Program-made: the position numbers and the translations under genes
Part shown: piece after piece, positions 1-13,464 of the stretch
Layout of the letters: each line of letters starts with the position of its first letter
Position numbering within the stretch: position 1 is the first letter of the stretch
The notes under the pieces: generated by a model
The model's input: only the letters and a program-made list of their open reading frames with translations
What the model was told of the DNA's origin: nothing
The model's database searches: none
NCBI RefSeq assembly: GCF_037042905.1
Contig: NC_087245.1
Coordinates: 6,140,001-6,204,000, forward strand
Length of the DNA stretch: 64,000 nucleotides
Origin: Lytechinus pictus
Taxonomy: Eukaryota
Direction: 5' to 3'

Positions 1-351
1 AGTAGTTAAGTCAGTAGTCAAGTAAGGGGTCAGACAGTTTGGCTGTATTATATTTGTTTAATTATCTTACTAGTGTCAATTTACTAAACTTTTGCTGTTT
101 GTGATTGAACCCCCAAATTGCTCGATAGTACCATTATGTTGGACAGACGTTAATATTGACTAGAGGACTATTATTACTTTCCAAACCAACCTGAAGATAA
201 TATGATACTTCACGTAGTACAGGGGTATATTGTCTCCCTTCCATTGTTGTGATGTATGGGCTGGGTAATATCATCTAACTTGTCCTGGAATAATCATTCT
301 CTGCAACAAGTTCCACTTCAGCGACTCTCAGTTGAACATCATCATTCCTGG

Positions 352-596
352 CATTGGCGGCGGAAGCCAAAAATTTTAGGGGGGAACCGCCAAAACTTTT
401 TGACAAAAAAAAAAAAAAAATAGTGACCAAAAATCTTAGGGGGGGGGGGACACAGGAAACAAAAGTGAAAATTGACAAGCCAAAAAAAAAAAAAAAAAAA
501 AAAGGTTATCAACAAAAAATTTAGGGGGGGGGGTCGTCCCCTCCCCACCTAAAATTTAGGGGGATACGTCCCCCCCCCCCACTTCCACCGCCTATG
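352..596. mobile_element. Non-autonomous MITE with an 8-bp TSD (hAT-like); second copy at 2183-2427
   Basis: Ends CATTGGCGGCGGAAG ... CTTCCACCGCCTATG are inverted repeats. Flanks are ATTCCTGG (344-351) and ATTCCAGG (597-604). Confidence 0.75.
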
Positions 597-1237
597 ATTC
601 CAGGTGCTTGGAGATCTTCGAAAGGCATGCTATAACATCCACTTAAGTTCCAGTTCCTTTCATGTTTTTTCCTCATCTTAGTGAGCATCTCCAAGTGTTC
701 ATATTTTTAGTGTCCTTTTTTAGATTTACCAAACTCAGTTTTATTACCTGATAAATGAAATTACAAAATTCTATCCCAAAAATTGAACACTTTGATCAAG
801 TTTGGTTACTTAAACTTAATGTTAGATAAACTGAAAATATGTAATAAAAGGCAAAATAATAATAATGATGAAAAAAATTTCAGCTGCACCCCTCCTTTAT
901 TTTAGTGAATAAGGTGTGGCACTGCCCTATATGATTCATTTTGAATTTTAATGGGCTCCAAAATGCAGTAATTTATAAATTATAGCATAATCTTATTTCG
1001 ATAAAGCCTTTGACATAAACAAAGCATATTAAAAACAGATTTAGTTATTGCATATCAGAATGTTATGTTTGCCTGATGTTTTCTCAATAACTCTAAGCTG
1101 TTATTAATGAATTCTTTCTAGAAACAAAAATAAGCAATTTATTCAAACATGTCAGTTTCATTTTGTAGACATATGCATTGAATTTACCAATTCAGTACAA
1201 GGTACGTATGCCATCTTTCACAAATGTTGATTTTTAT

Positions 1238-1438
1238 CACTGGTGGATCTGGGGGAGGGCACATCTGGCTCACCCCCCCCCCTTAGAGAGCCTCAGTCGA
1301 GATTTGTAATGAAAATATGCCATTTTCACCAAAGTATGCCCCCCCCCCCCCCCGGAAAGCAAGGCCCTTTTTTTGCTTGACAAATTTTCATCATGAAAAT
1401 GTGCCCCCCCCCCAGGATAAATCCTGGATCCACCCCTG
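1238..1438. mobile_element. MITE (CAGGGGTGGATC-type ends)
   Basis: CACTGGTGGATCTGG ... CCTGGATCCACCCCTG inverted ends. Flanks ATTTTTAT/GTTTTTAT resemble an 8-bp TSD. Confidence 0.65.
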
Positions 1439-3629
1439 GTTTTTATTAAGTTTACATGTATTTTCATTTTGAAAAAAAAGGTTTCCTAGAGATTTATAAA
1501 CAGCATGATTTACACTGAGCGTGTCATACACTTCTGTGCAGAAGAATATTATCTTGAGAAATTTGGTTATTAAATTATGGAAAATATCTTTTGCAAATGA
1601 AATTACTTGATTGCAATTATTTCTTACATTGTATTGTCATTTTACTTGATAGAAATTCATTATTTTTTATAACCATGACAGTGTTCTAATTTCATATTTG
1701 CTAAATTGTAATAATTCTTTTGATCTTCCTTCATCTGAAGTCATGAAAGTATGAATTCTAGTCATCTGCTTCAAAGTCTGCCCAATACAATGGTTACAAA
1801 GGGCCTAAGCATCACTTGTCATTTTTTAATAAGTAGTTAAGTCAGTAGTCAAGTAAGGGGTCAGACAGTTTGGCTGTATTATATTTGTTTAATTATCTTA
1901 CTAGTGTCAATTTACTAAACTTTTGCTGTTTGTGATTGAACCCCCAAATTGCTCGATAGTACCATTATGTTGGACAGACGTTAATATTGACTAGAGGACT
2001 ATTATTACTTTCCAAACCAACCTGAAGATAATATGATACTTCACGTAGTACAGGGGTATATTGTCTCCCTTCCATTGTTGTGATGTATGGGCTGGGTAAT
2101 ATCATCTAACTTGTCCTGGAATAATCATTCTCTGCAACAAGTTCCACTTCAGCGACTCTCAGTTGAACATCATCATTCCTGGCATTGGCGACGGAAGCCA
2201 AAAATTTTAGGGGGGAACCGCCAAAACTTTTTGACAAAAAAAAAAAAAAAATAGTGACCAAAAATCTTAGGGGGGGGGGGGACACAGGAAACAAAAGTGA
2301 AAATTGACAAGCCAAAAAAAAAAAAAAAAAAAAAAGGTTATCAACAAAAAATTTAGGGGGGGGGTCGTCCCCTCCCCACCTAAAATTTAGGGGGATACGT
2401 CCCCCCCCCCCACTTCCACCGCCTATGATTCCAGGTGCTTGGAGATCTTCGAAAGGCATGCTATAACATCCACTTAAGTTCCAGTTCCTTTCATGTTTTT
2501 TCCTCATCTTAGTGAGCATCTCCAAGTGTTCATATTTTTAGTGTCCTTTTTTAGATTTACCAAACTCAGTTTTATTACCTGATAAATGAAATTACAAAAT
2601 TCTATCCCAAAAATTGAACACTTTGATCAAGTTTGGTTACTTAAACTTAATGTTAGATAAACTGAAAATATGTAATAAAAGGCAAAATAATAATAATGAT
2701 GAAAAAAATACCGGTAATAAAAACAAGTTACTCAAATTCACTCAAAACCATACACTTATCTACTCTCCTCAAAAATCAGTTCTCACTTTTAGGTATTGAT
2801 CATTCATTCAGTCAATGAAATAATAAAAAGAGACAGGAGATCCTCATCAAAATAAACACAAACACAGTGTCTCACACACACACTACACATTAATAATAAA
2901 ATCAGTTTGTATCTTTCGTGGGATTTGTTTTTATGTAAATCTGGATTCTTCTTGGTAGTAGGGCCTTAGGTCGCTCTGACTTGAACTTAAAACTTCCAAT
3001 CTCAAGAAGGCAAGATATATCTCGGGAGATAGTCATCATCAAGATGTTTAGGAGTTCAACCTGGTGGTGAGGTTATTCATGGTGGCATCTGGTATTCTGG
3101 CAGAAAGAATCAGAAATATAAAATGCATAAATACAATTGTTTATTTTTTTCAATACAAATTAAATTACCCGAGTCATTCAAGATAGTGGGTATTTTTTTA
3201 GGGGGGGGGGGTGATGGCATGACAAGTTTTTAGTCAAAATTATTTTTATCTTCATTTATCTTTTTTTTCCCACTTTGTATTACCATTTATTCAAAAATTG
3301 CAATAAACATATCAATAAATGAGTTTTTAATCTAGTTGGCAAAAGAAAAACCAGTGCAAAAGTAAAGCCAGTATTGGCAGTAAAACACTGACACCACGGC
3401 ACTGACACTGACAGTGAATGTTCATTTTCCAGTGCATGCACATCACTCGTTTTCAGAAAATATTTAGTTATTTCTCAAATATGACCATGATTATCTTATT
3501 CATGTCATTACTCTGGTGTTTATTCATGATTTTAAATTCAGGAAATCATTCAGCAAACGAAGAAAACAAAGCATTTCTTGACTGTGATTCCGTGTGATTC
3601 AAGTTCAATTTCATTTCTGTGTGTATCAC

Positions 3630-4230
3630 AGGTACGCACGTACGTGACGTAATCTTAATCTCTATTATGATGTAAATTAATCATCCCGCGCGCGATTAAA
3701 ATGGCTCGAAATTCGACCAAATTCAAGGGCAGCTCAGCTTGCAAACCTCACTGAGAAGGGCTTCCCCAGCCCTTGCGATTCCCCGCGCTGCAATTTCACT
3801 GCAATACACAGAAAGGAAATCAACTCAAGTTTCACAATCAACGGAAAATCCGGAACCCTTCGAGACCCATTTTACAAGAAATACAACTAAATAAGGTAAG
3901 AATTGAGAGCAACTCAAGACATTTTCGACTTACCGACACTTTCATCGTTATTTTCGGAAGATTTCATGGAATTTGGGGCACGAAAATGGCATCAGTAGCT
4001 CGCGAAAGTCCTGTGCAATGCAATGACATATTTTTCATCGCACGGGAGGACAATCACAAAGAGAAAATATCATAATCATCCGCGCTAACAGGGGCTTAAT
4101 TTTGACGATATCGCATCGCTATGCGATTGCAATGATTGACATGCGAACGAAGCTTGCGTACAAATTTTGAGCACTTCCGCGACAGCGCCATCTAGTGACT
4201 ACGGCCGTGCCTATCACCAGGCAAACCAGC
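3630..4230. promoter_or_regulatory. CpG-rich, possibly bidirectional promoter-like segment
   Basis: CpG enrichment in an AT-rich background. AAAATGGC motifs near 3699 and 3984 and GCGCCATCTAGTG near 4185. Splice-site-bounded segments run away from it on both strands. Confidence 0.3.
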
Positions 4231-5433
4231 GTGTGTAATTGTTAATGTACACATATCCAATGGGGCCATCCTAATTCTGTGTTACAGATATTGGAATTGA
4301 ACAGGAGCTAAATCACATGGTAATAGCTTGAGTGGTAATTTGGTAAATTGGATGTTCTCAACTTATTTATCATATAGCATAGGCTTAGCAAGTCACAAGT
4401 CGAATGAAGTGAAGGCTCTCGACAGCTGGCAAGGATTCAGGGGGGGGGGGTGATGCGATTGTGGCAGAGGTGCGTTCACACCCAATAAGAATTGAAATCT
4501 AGGACTTATTAAAAAAAATTAGATCCAAGTTTTAAATGGTGCACCCAGCCCGTGGCCATACTGGTATAGCCTATAGACCTAGATCTATCTTAAATTTTCT
4601 TTGACTTTGCACACCCACGTGAAATGAGCCATTGCATAGCTCCCTTTTAAAAAAGATTGATTGTCCAAATTGGGGGAGATGATATAATGCTCCTCATTTG
4701 TGTGCGATTATGAAGTTTGTTTTGCTTTTATTTATCTTAGTCATTTTTAAAAACAAATTACTATTTAGCATCCATATTGAAAAAAATGTTTTACTATTTG
4801 TATGGTTAATGTGTTAATGACCGTCTTGTTTATAATCAATTGAAAATTATATGAATTAAAAAGGATAAATTGTTGACCGTTTTTTGGTATATTCTATAAA
4901 TTTCAGGATAATAAAATAAGAAAAATGATTGGTATATTTGATCATTCCCCTTTATGAAATGTCAACAATATTCATTGAAAGTGCAGTATTTTTCAATGAT
5001 CACTGTGTAAATCTACATAATTTCTTTGCTACATGTATATCAATGTGATATTATTAATATTTTAATTTCAGACTATGGACATTTTAACAATATGCAGAAG
5101 GAGACGGGTCTGGAACTAGAAAGCTAGGCTCTGACTGGTCTATTACAGCAAGGAATGTGCCAGCGGCCAATCTGATGAACATGTGGCAGAAGATTTGGCA
5201 GTGGGTGAAGAAATACTGAGATTGAAATGCAACCACAGGTAACATGTAGACTAGTAAAATGCGATAATGATTACAAAATAATGAAGGACATTTTTTGGGT
5301 TGCAGAATGTTAAATCATTAAAACCCACATCAATGACAATGAAATCAGACTTTGATCAGATTTTCTATTTAAAGTCAGTTTGTAATGCAAACATTACATA
5401 AACATGAAAGACATATAAAAGAATCGATATGTT

Positions 5434-5702
5434 TTGCATGTTAGCTGCAGGGTCAGCGGAACGGTTTTGAAAGTGAGGGGGCTTAGCCGAAAGTGGGGGG
5501 GGGGACTGACCATGCAAAAAATCATTAGCAGATGGTCAATTTTGAATTTTTTGTACATGGTTTTGGAAAACAATGCGGGGGGTGAAAAATGGAAAATGAC
5601 CATCTGGTTATATTTTGCATGGTCAGCTCGCTCACTTTAGAAAATGTTCCGCTGACCCTGCAGCTAACATGCAACCCCCCCCCCCTGTTTCCGCAGCCCC
5701 TG
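5434..5702. mobile_element. Palindromic MITE-like element
   Basis: Perfect 29-bp inverted repeat TTGCATGTTAGCTGCAGGGTCAGCGGAAC (5434-5462) and 5646-5674, plus internal inverted segments. Confidence 0.6.
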
Positions 5703-7074
5703 CTCTCACCCCTCAATCTATTTATCACTACTTTCTCATGTGTATGTACATACAAGCTACATTGTGAGGAATAATTTCTCTATTTAAGTTTCTCAGCCAG
5801 AGCATGTCATTTATTATTGTTTTTATTTTTGATTAACATAATAAAAACTTGAACCCTTTATTTGCCCCCTTCTGTATGGTTATCAAAAGATGTTTTATTT
5901 CCTGTTTTAGACATGTACATATACATGTGAGAAGAAATACAAGATTATGGCAAATATTTTAATTAGTTATTTCAATGCTATTTTTCCTTCAGGTGGAGGC
6001 TTTACCCAAACTTTTCAGACAGACATGAGATACAAAGTTACCCAAGTATAAATGGTTGAAGGTTTAGGAGAGCCAGACAAGAAGGCAGGAAATGTGATGT
6101 CACTTGTAAGGTAAACACTCCTAATTATTACTGCCTCATTTTGGCAAAGAAAGTAAAGTCACATTAAAAAAATATTTAATTACCGGTACTGTTCTCTTCT
6201 TTATTTGGTCTTCTACCAGTCAATATTTGAAAACAATGACATCTATAAGTGCTTAGATGCTTAAATTATTAATGGTGATATTTCTTGGACAGTTGTAAAA
6301 CAGCCAATATCAATCAATGCTAGATGGTGTGACTTGCTTTCTATTGCCAAAGTAGTAAATGAATGTTCCATTGTTCTGCATTCCTATTAGACCCCCCCCC
6401 CCACACTCACACACCATCACCATCTGCTTTGTCAGGGAGGAACACCAGAAGATTACCCCAAAAAGAACACAATTTTTTTTAATATCTCTTGTAGGCCTGT
6501 GTAAATCAGATAAATGTAATGACTACAGAAGCAGTCATTAAACCTCACTAATTCAAATGATCTTGGTAGGGGGGGGGGCGTGCCTCAGGATCTTGCCTGT
6601 TGATTGTGCACTCACTTCAGAAATCAGCAGGTATGCTGCTGCTCCTGATGTTGGTTTTTTATTTATGATAACATGACTCTTGCATGAAATCAGCATTTTG
6701 CTCTAAATCAAGAAATAAAGACCAAATGTGATAATTTTGGATTTTGACTCCCTTTCTTTGGTAAACCAATGAGAAAAACCCAAGTCATTAATTAAAATCA
6801 ATTGTGTATACATGTACATTTTAATCATTTTCTTATGCATCTCTTTGTTTAACTTTTTTGTTTTCGTTGTTTAATAAGGCTTTGGTGACGATACTTTAAC
6901 CATTTAGAATTTAAAGTTATTATTTGAAACATTTAAAAAAATGTAAGTTTTAACAATGACAATTAAATTAGGAATTAATTACTTTGATATAAATAATGAT
7001 GTAAATTAATATGTTTATTAGTAAAATATCACATGCTCTTTAAATCAATTCCATTTCAGTTACTTCAATAAACA

Positions 7075-7230
7075 TGAACAGCAGCAGGAGCAACAACATC
7101 ATCAGCAGCCGAAACCACAACTGCAGTAAGAGATGCAACAACCACACCCACAACAACAAGAGCAGCAGCAAAAACAACAGAAATTCCAGCAACCACGATG
7201 ACAACAGCAGCAGCAACACCAACAACACTA
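7075..7230. repeat. Low-complexity CAG/CAA-rich tract
   Basis: Degenerate trinucleotide repeats (Gln-rich or Thr/Ala-rich depending on frame) with stops nearby. Confidence 0.7.
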
Positions 7231-7584
7231 ATGAATATTGAAAAACTTGTACAAAAGTCAATGAGGTCACAGTTTTCAGACATTATTGATTAAAAAATGC
7301 ACAATGATTTATTCGGGTTGAAGAAAATAACATGAATGTTTGAAAAAGTGTGTACATTTGAAGGTGTTTCCTATCAAATTGTATTGATTAATTTATGAAA
7401 ATATAGTTTTAAAGATAAAAATATGATGCTTGAAATGTCTACTTTTTATTTGTCATTGACTAAGAATAAATACATTTTCTTTGAATTTTCTTAATGAAAT
7501 GAAAAATAAGCAATTTATTAAAATGTTATACTCAAAATCAACTGAAATTTATCGATTTTAGCTGCTAAAGTCCATAAAAGGCTG

Positions 7585-7800
7585 ATTAGTCGGTGAAAAT
7601 AAGTTTTGTCGGTAGGTGAAGGCCACCGACAAAATTAGTCGGTGGTTTCCAATAATTTGTCGGAGAAAATCACCGACAAATTTTCATGAAATGGAATTTA
7701 GTCGGTGATGGCAAAATTGTCGGTGAAAATGAAATTAGTCGGTGAAAATCACAATTAGTCGGAGAAAACCACCGACTAATTGTTTGATGAAACGCCCCCC
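7585..7800. mobile_element. End of a DNA transposon: subterminal GTCGG(T/A)G motif cluster plus terminal TGATGAAACGCCCCC
   Basis: About a dozen GTCGG/CCGAC motifs in both orientations. The terminus resembles the GGGGCCATTTCATAAA-type ends seen elsewhere in the window (58687). Confidence 0.55.
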
Positions 7801-8618
7801 CGATCTGAAAAATCTCGAGATAGTTGGCGGTGGAGACGCAATTATCGCGCTAGTTCGTAGGATTAATCTCGAGATTGCAATCCCAAGTCAACTCGGGTTT
7901 ATTTGCAAAATAGCGCGCTATTTTACGAATTATCCCGCTAATTCGTCGGTGCAGACGCACTCGAGATTGGACTCGGGGTAATTTATTCATGACGTCAGTC
8001 CATAATGCAATTCGCGTTCCACTTCCGCCTCGGTCAAAACATAAACACGTGCGAAAGTCAACTTTATACATGCGAATAGCGTTCATCAATTGCCTAATAA
8101 GCAACGATGGTGTCCCACCAGTGAATGGATTTTGGGAGAGACCAGACCGAAGGGGGAGGCGCTCATCGACGATGGTCATATTCAATGCAGTGTTGTCTTA
8201 TTCCTTCGCAAAATGTGAGCAAATAGCATTTCTTTCCCCCTTCTCTCCCTCTCTCTCTCTCTCTGTCGTTGCCTCCTACTCCGCCATCATATTTAACGAA
8301 GAATACATCACTTCTTCACTCGCTGAGCTGAGAGGATTGTTGCATAACACCGGTCGAATTCGGCGAAAGTGCTAGTGAAAGGAGTACATTGCTTGCATAT
8401 ATATCGCGGGAAGTTATTCAAAAGCGCGGGCCGTTGAAACTCCAAGATCCGAAAGTGCGCATGCTCGTAACATCGGGCTTGTTGCCTCGCTCGAGCAGGA
8501 ATCGCTCTTCTTGCGATGGTGGAGACGGGGTTTCTTGAATCTCGAGATTAATCGCGAAGTGGGCCGATCGGGCTAAAATCTCGAGATTGAGCAAACTCGG
8601 GATGGTGCAGCACCACCT
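7801..8618 (-). mobile_element. PIF/Harbinger-type transposon relic with a decayed transposase N-terminus
   Basis: The minus strand at about 8035-8165 reads PPPSVWSLPKSIHWWDTIV and, after a frameshift, IRMYKVDFRTCLC. This resembles the VW..P.S..WW ... FRM.K.TF..LC N-terminus of Harbinger transposases. Repeated (A)ATCTCGAGAT(T) palindromes and GGTG(G/C)AGACG motifs lie near both ends. Confidence 0.6.
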
Positions 8619-8779
8619 ATTTTTTGGTCGGATACTTCATGGGACTTGCAAGGAACTTTTTACTACAGTCCCACACCTTGGACTTTTTGTGATACTTGGA
8701 GCTAAAAATGTTAGTGAAAGTGAAAGTGGATCAACGTGGGGAAATGTCCTAATTAACATCCCATGCCTGTAAACATAGT

Positions 8780-11700
8780 CTTCTCTTCAAAACAGAGTAC
8801 TACTCTATCAATGCTCTTGTTCACATAAACCTGTCCTCTCATTTGGGTCTTTTCCTTCTCTGCAGCCTTCACTCACATTAATTTCAACAATTTGTTTTGG
8901 ATTATTCCCACTTTTTTCTCATAAACTCATATTTAAATGTAACAATGCCAACAAAAAGGGAATCGGATGACATCGGCCAGCTTGTCATTGACGAGCTAGA
9001 AAAAAATTGTCAATTAAAAAAGCTTGTGCAATATGCAGTTACGGAGGCAATGTCTTCAATTGTCATCCGGCGAGAGATGCAGGGGGCCGGATCATGGAGC
9101 TGGAGGGGGAGATAAAGGCCCAAGAGTCGGAGATACAACTACGTAAGGAGGCGAGGAAAAGAAATCCGTTGAAAAGATGGCAGTCTTGGAGCAAAAAAAA
9201 ATAGATGACCTGGAGCAAAAATCTAGATCGCGCAACATCCGGATCCAAGGAGTGCCTGAATTGAAAGCTGAAGATCCAGAGGAGCCTGTGATTGACATTT
9301 GTAGGAGGATGGGGTCAACGTGACTTCAACCGACATTGTACGATGTCATCGACTGGGTCCTTTAGTAGACAAAGGAGCAAGAAGAAATTTACCTCGTCCA
9401 AAGCTCTTTAGTAGAGTTGTCCTGCCTCCGCACCCGAGCTCGCGTATGGGAGCCAGATCAAAGTTGAAGAGCTAAATCTTTGTAAACGATGATCTGACTC
9501 CCACAAGGCAAAAGCTACTTTTCAATGTTCGCCACTCACCGAAAGTTGAGCGATCTTGGAGCAACGATGGAAAAATCTTCGCTGGACTTAAGAACACGGG
9601 AAATCGGACTTACGAAAAACTCATCACATGTGATGATGATATTTTGAAGCCTTGAATCGTAATCAATGTCTATTGTAGGATATCATACTGACCTATATGC
9701 CCACTTTGAAAAGAAAGGGTCATTTCCTTGCAGGTCAAATCCCATGATTGATAACCTAAAGTTGCTTCTTCTTTTTTTTCATTCATCTTTCCCTATTAAT
9801 TTCCGTTTGTTTCATTATTATTTCTATTACAATCCCTTATAATCTTTTTTTTATTTGCTTCTGTAAGTTATATAATATGTTCATCTTATTTTACATACAT
9901 TGTTGCACGTTTTTCTCTTTTATATTGTGTGTGCATCTTGACAATCTTCCTTTTCATGCTGACATGTTCTTTATGGTGCAAAAAGTTAGATTTCACTTGA
10001 ATTGTATACTCAACATCCAAATGATTAGTATATAGAAGCCATTTGTAGCTTATTAGAAAATAATTCAAGAATACTTATGCAATTAACTGTCAATACTGTT
10101 CAGAAAACCAGTTTATTAATAGTTTTCAAGACAAAATTGAAACTGCTACTGTCTTGCATTTAAATATGAGTAGTATGCCTAGGAACTATGATGCTTTTAG
10201 TACACTAATTGAAAAATGTAAAGATAGTTATACTGTGATTGGAGTCACTGCATGAGACCTGGTTCTCGAGTGTAAACGACTTAAATCTTTATCATATTCC
10301 TGGTCATAGTCTTGTGTCTAATCATAGATATGCTAAAAAGGGAGGTGGGTTCGCTTTACATATCCCAGATTCATTGGACTTTCAATTAAGGTATGAGTTC
10401 GATATGATGACTGAGCACATGGAATCAATCTTCGTGAAGTGCTTCATTCCGGGTAAAAGAAATTTTATATTTGGAGTTGTGTATCAAAGAAACCTAAATA
10501 GTTTTGTGGACGAAATGCATAGTATTCTTTTAAACCCACTTTTCGTAAACAAAACAATTTTCATAATGGGTGATTGTAATATAAACCTCCGTCAGTGTGA
10601 TGAAAATGATCATTATGATGAGTTTCTTAATATGATGCTGTCTTTTTCCTGAATGCTATTAATTATTAAACCAACAAGGGTAACCATGGTAATAGAAGCT
10701 TCATCTACGCTCATAGATAACATTTTTTTTAATAGACAACCTTTTCCATCCTCAGGGATTATTGTATCAGATATTTCAGATCATTTCCCGATCTTCGCTC
10801 TTCTTAACTTGGATAGAGTCTGTAAACAAGAATCCAAATCAATTCGGAAAAACACTTCCGATAATATTGCAGAGCTACGGGAAGCCTTAATCAGTTAATA
10901 GAAACTGACTGGAGTGAAGTTCTTGAAGAAAATGATGTGAACATATCGTTCAACAACTTCTCACAAAAATTCATGTCTCTGTATAATAAAAATGTACCAG
11001 TTGTAAAGCGTAGTAGAAGAAATCGTAAAAACGTTCCTCTTATGCCTTGGGTAAGTGCTTCTTTGTTAAGATGCATTAACAAGAAAAACAAGTTGTATTA
11101 TTCGTATAAAGTGCGTGGTACTGAATCTTCACGTAAACGATATGTAAATTATAAAAATACGCTTACTTCAAGACTTACAGAGATTTTATGAAAGAGCAAA
11201 ATGGTAAAAGTTTATTTTTCTTACCAGTAGTTCGGGAAGAATTGCTTACCATTGTGAAATCTCTTAAAAACCGGGAAAAGTCCTGGTTATGATGGGGTTA
11301 CTAACAACTTAATTAAAGAAATTTTCTTAGAAATTATTCAACCCCTACTTCATGTGGTCAATCTATCAATATCACTTGGGGAAGTTCCTGCTGACATGAA
11401 AATTGCTAAGGTCGTACCCATTTTTAAGAAAGGAGACCCCCAATTAATGCCTTACTAATTACAGACCTATTTCTCTATTGACTGCATTATCAAATATTCT
11501 TGAGAAAGTGATTTATGTTAGAACTTTGAATTTTTCAACAAGAGTAATATATTTTCTATATTTAAGTTTGGCTTTCGCGAGAAACATACCACCACCCATG
11601 CCTTGCTACATAAAATATCACAATCCATTTACAAAAAGATGCATATAATTGGTATATTTCTTGATTATTCGAAAGAGTTCGACACAGTAGATCATATTTT

Positions 11701-13300
11701 GATTGGCAAGTTATCAAATTATGGTATCAGGGGTACAACATTTGACTGGTTCAAGAGTTACTTAGCTGACAGGAAACAATTTGTCTCGATAAAGGGGGAG
11801 AGTCACTAGTCACTTGTGGTATTCCCCAGGGTTCTCTCCTTGGTTCGTTATTATTTATTGTGTATATTAATGATTTGTATCATTCGTCTGATATTTTATC
11901 GTTCACTTTATTTGCTGATGATTCAAGTTTGTATTATTCACACAGAAATCCTGAGACCCTTTTTAAAACGGTTAATAGTGAAATGAGGATAGTCATTTTG
12001 TGGATTCAAGCAAATAAATTATCTCTAAATTTGCAGAAAACAAATTATATGCTCTTTAGCAACACGATTAGAGAAGTTACAGTTGATGTTATATTTGATG
12101 ATGTGTTAATAGATAGAGTAAAGACGACAGGGTTTCTGGGGTTGCACATGGATGAAAAACTGATTGGGAAAACCCATATAAATAATTTCTGTAAAACATT
12201 ATCAAAAAATGGTGATGTAATATACAAATTGATTTTTTTTTCTCTACTGATATTCTTTGTATGATGTATTCAACATTAATTCTCCCGTTCTTGCATGGGG
12301 TAATTCTCTTAAAACCAATGTTGAAAGGGTGTATTGATTCAGAAAAGGGTTTTAAGAATTGTTTGTAACGTTTACTATCGTTTGCATACTACCCCACGTT
12401 TTTATGAGCATAGAATTCTAAAATTACAAGATATCTACGTATTTCACTTTGGTACTCTAGTGCATGCATACAATGAAGGCATCATGCCACCAGCTCTGGT
12501 TACAATGTTCATGAAAAATAGTGACATACACAACCATTATACACGAAATGCTTCTGCATTACACGTACAAGCTTTGCTTTTAGGACAGTTGTAAGTACTG
12601 GACCTAGGTTCTGGAACTCTCTCAATTCAAATATTAAAAAAAATCGGTAAGCATTTATACTTTTCAGCGTTTACTTATCTTCGTAATTCTTATTTGTGAG
12701 TTGCTCTAGGTTAAGATATGCTTTTATATACTATTTTATTTTACTTTTGGAGCCTATAAAAAGTATATAGAAACTGAATAATGTTATGATATATCAATAT
12801 CTATTTATCTTGTATCTTGTCTAACTGGATTCTTTTGCAGAGGGTCAGCCCATTTTCCCCCTTTTGTATTCTATTCTGGTGTTTCTTTTACCTTTGTCAT
12901 GTCTTATTTTTAATTTATTGATTCTAACGTTCTTCCCTTTATAATGTCATGTAATCCAAACTTATTTCTTCTTCCATAATATTTCACTTAATTATATTAT
13001 TGTTAGTTTACAAGACTTAATGATTGTACATTCAAGCAATGTATTGTATTTTTTGTCATTGTTTAGTTTTAGTTTTTGTATTTTTTTTTAAAAAGATATT
13101 ACATGTATACACTGAATACTATTCAGTCATGTACTTGACACAAAGGAGACCCTAGCCTTACAAGCCCTGCTATTTCAGGGGTTCTCCTTGTCTTTCGTTC
13201 AATACATAATTAGTTATTTTCTGTGTTCCTTTTTCTACTGTAACCATGGTAACAATGGTTTATGATTAATTGATTTGCATTTGTAGAGTGTGAAATCACA
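8780..13300 (+). mobile_element. Near full-length, decayed CR1/L2-group non-LTR retrotransposon
   Basis: ORF1 as above. ORF2 endonuclease motifs (ETW, GGG, IMGDCNINL, LIDNIF, SDISDHFPIF) and RT motifs (IFLDYSKEFDTVDH, PQGSLLG, LFADDS, NKLSLN..KT), with many stops and frameshifts. 3' stem-loop GGAGACCC...GGGTTCTCC at 13145-13187. Ends are approximate. Confidence 0.9.
8945..9654 (+). pseudogene. ORF1 of a CR1-group LINE (coiled coil + L1-type RRM-like domain), frameshifted
   Basis: Fragments IDDLEQKSRSRNIRIQGVPE, DIVRCHRLG, FVNDDLTPTRQKL and SWSNDGKIF lie in different frames. Confidence 0.8.
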
Positions 13301-13464
13301 CTTGTAAGACAAAATGTATAAGCAGAAAGGAAAACGAATATATATCTAATCTTATATGTGCACGTATACACTCACATATGTATATATATGTGTGTGCATT
13401 TATTTATTTATTCAGTTATATATTTCACTTCTAGGCAAGATAGAAACAAACATGAAATATACAA

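Larger units (their letters stand above)
1..2709. repeat. Near-identical direct duplication, 1-878 = 1832-2709 (offset 1831 bp, probably extending beyond the window start)
   Basis: The copies match at a constant offset of 1831, including the homopolymer run I checked. The only difference I noticed is G360/A2191. Confidence 0.92.

Noticed and set aside
2106..2525. 139-aa minus-strand ORF and its partial twin at 275-548
   Set aside because: Most of it reads through MITE homopolymers (poly-Gly, Phe, Pro). Removing the MITE does not restore a convincing ORF.
7040..7283. Leu-rich and Val-rich hydrophobic minus-strand ORFs
   Set aside because: They are antisense readings of the CAG/CAA low-complexity tract.
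10239..12594. Active or domesticated reverse transcriptase gene
   Set aside because: Multiple stops and frameshifts, and an apparent deletion near 11190 between the endonuclease and RT regions.
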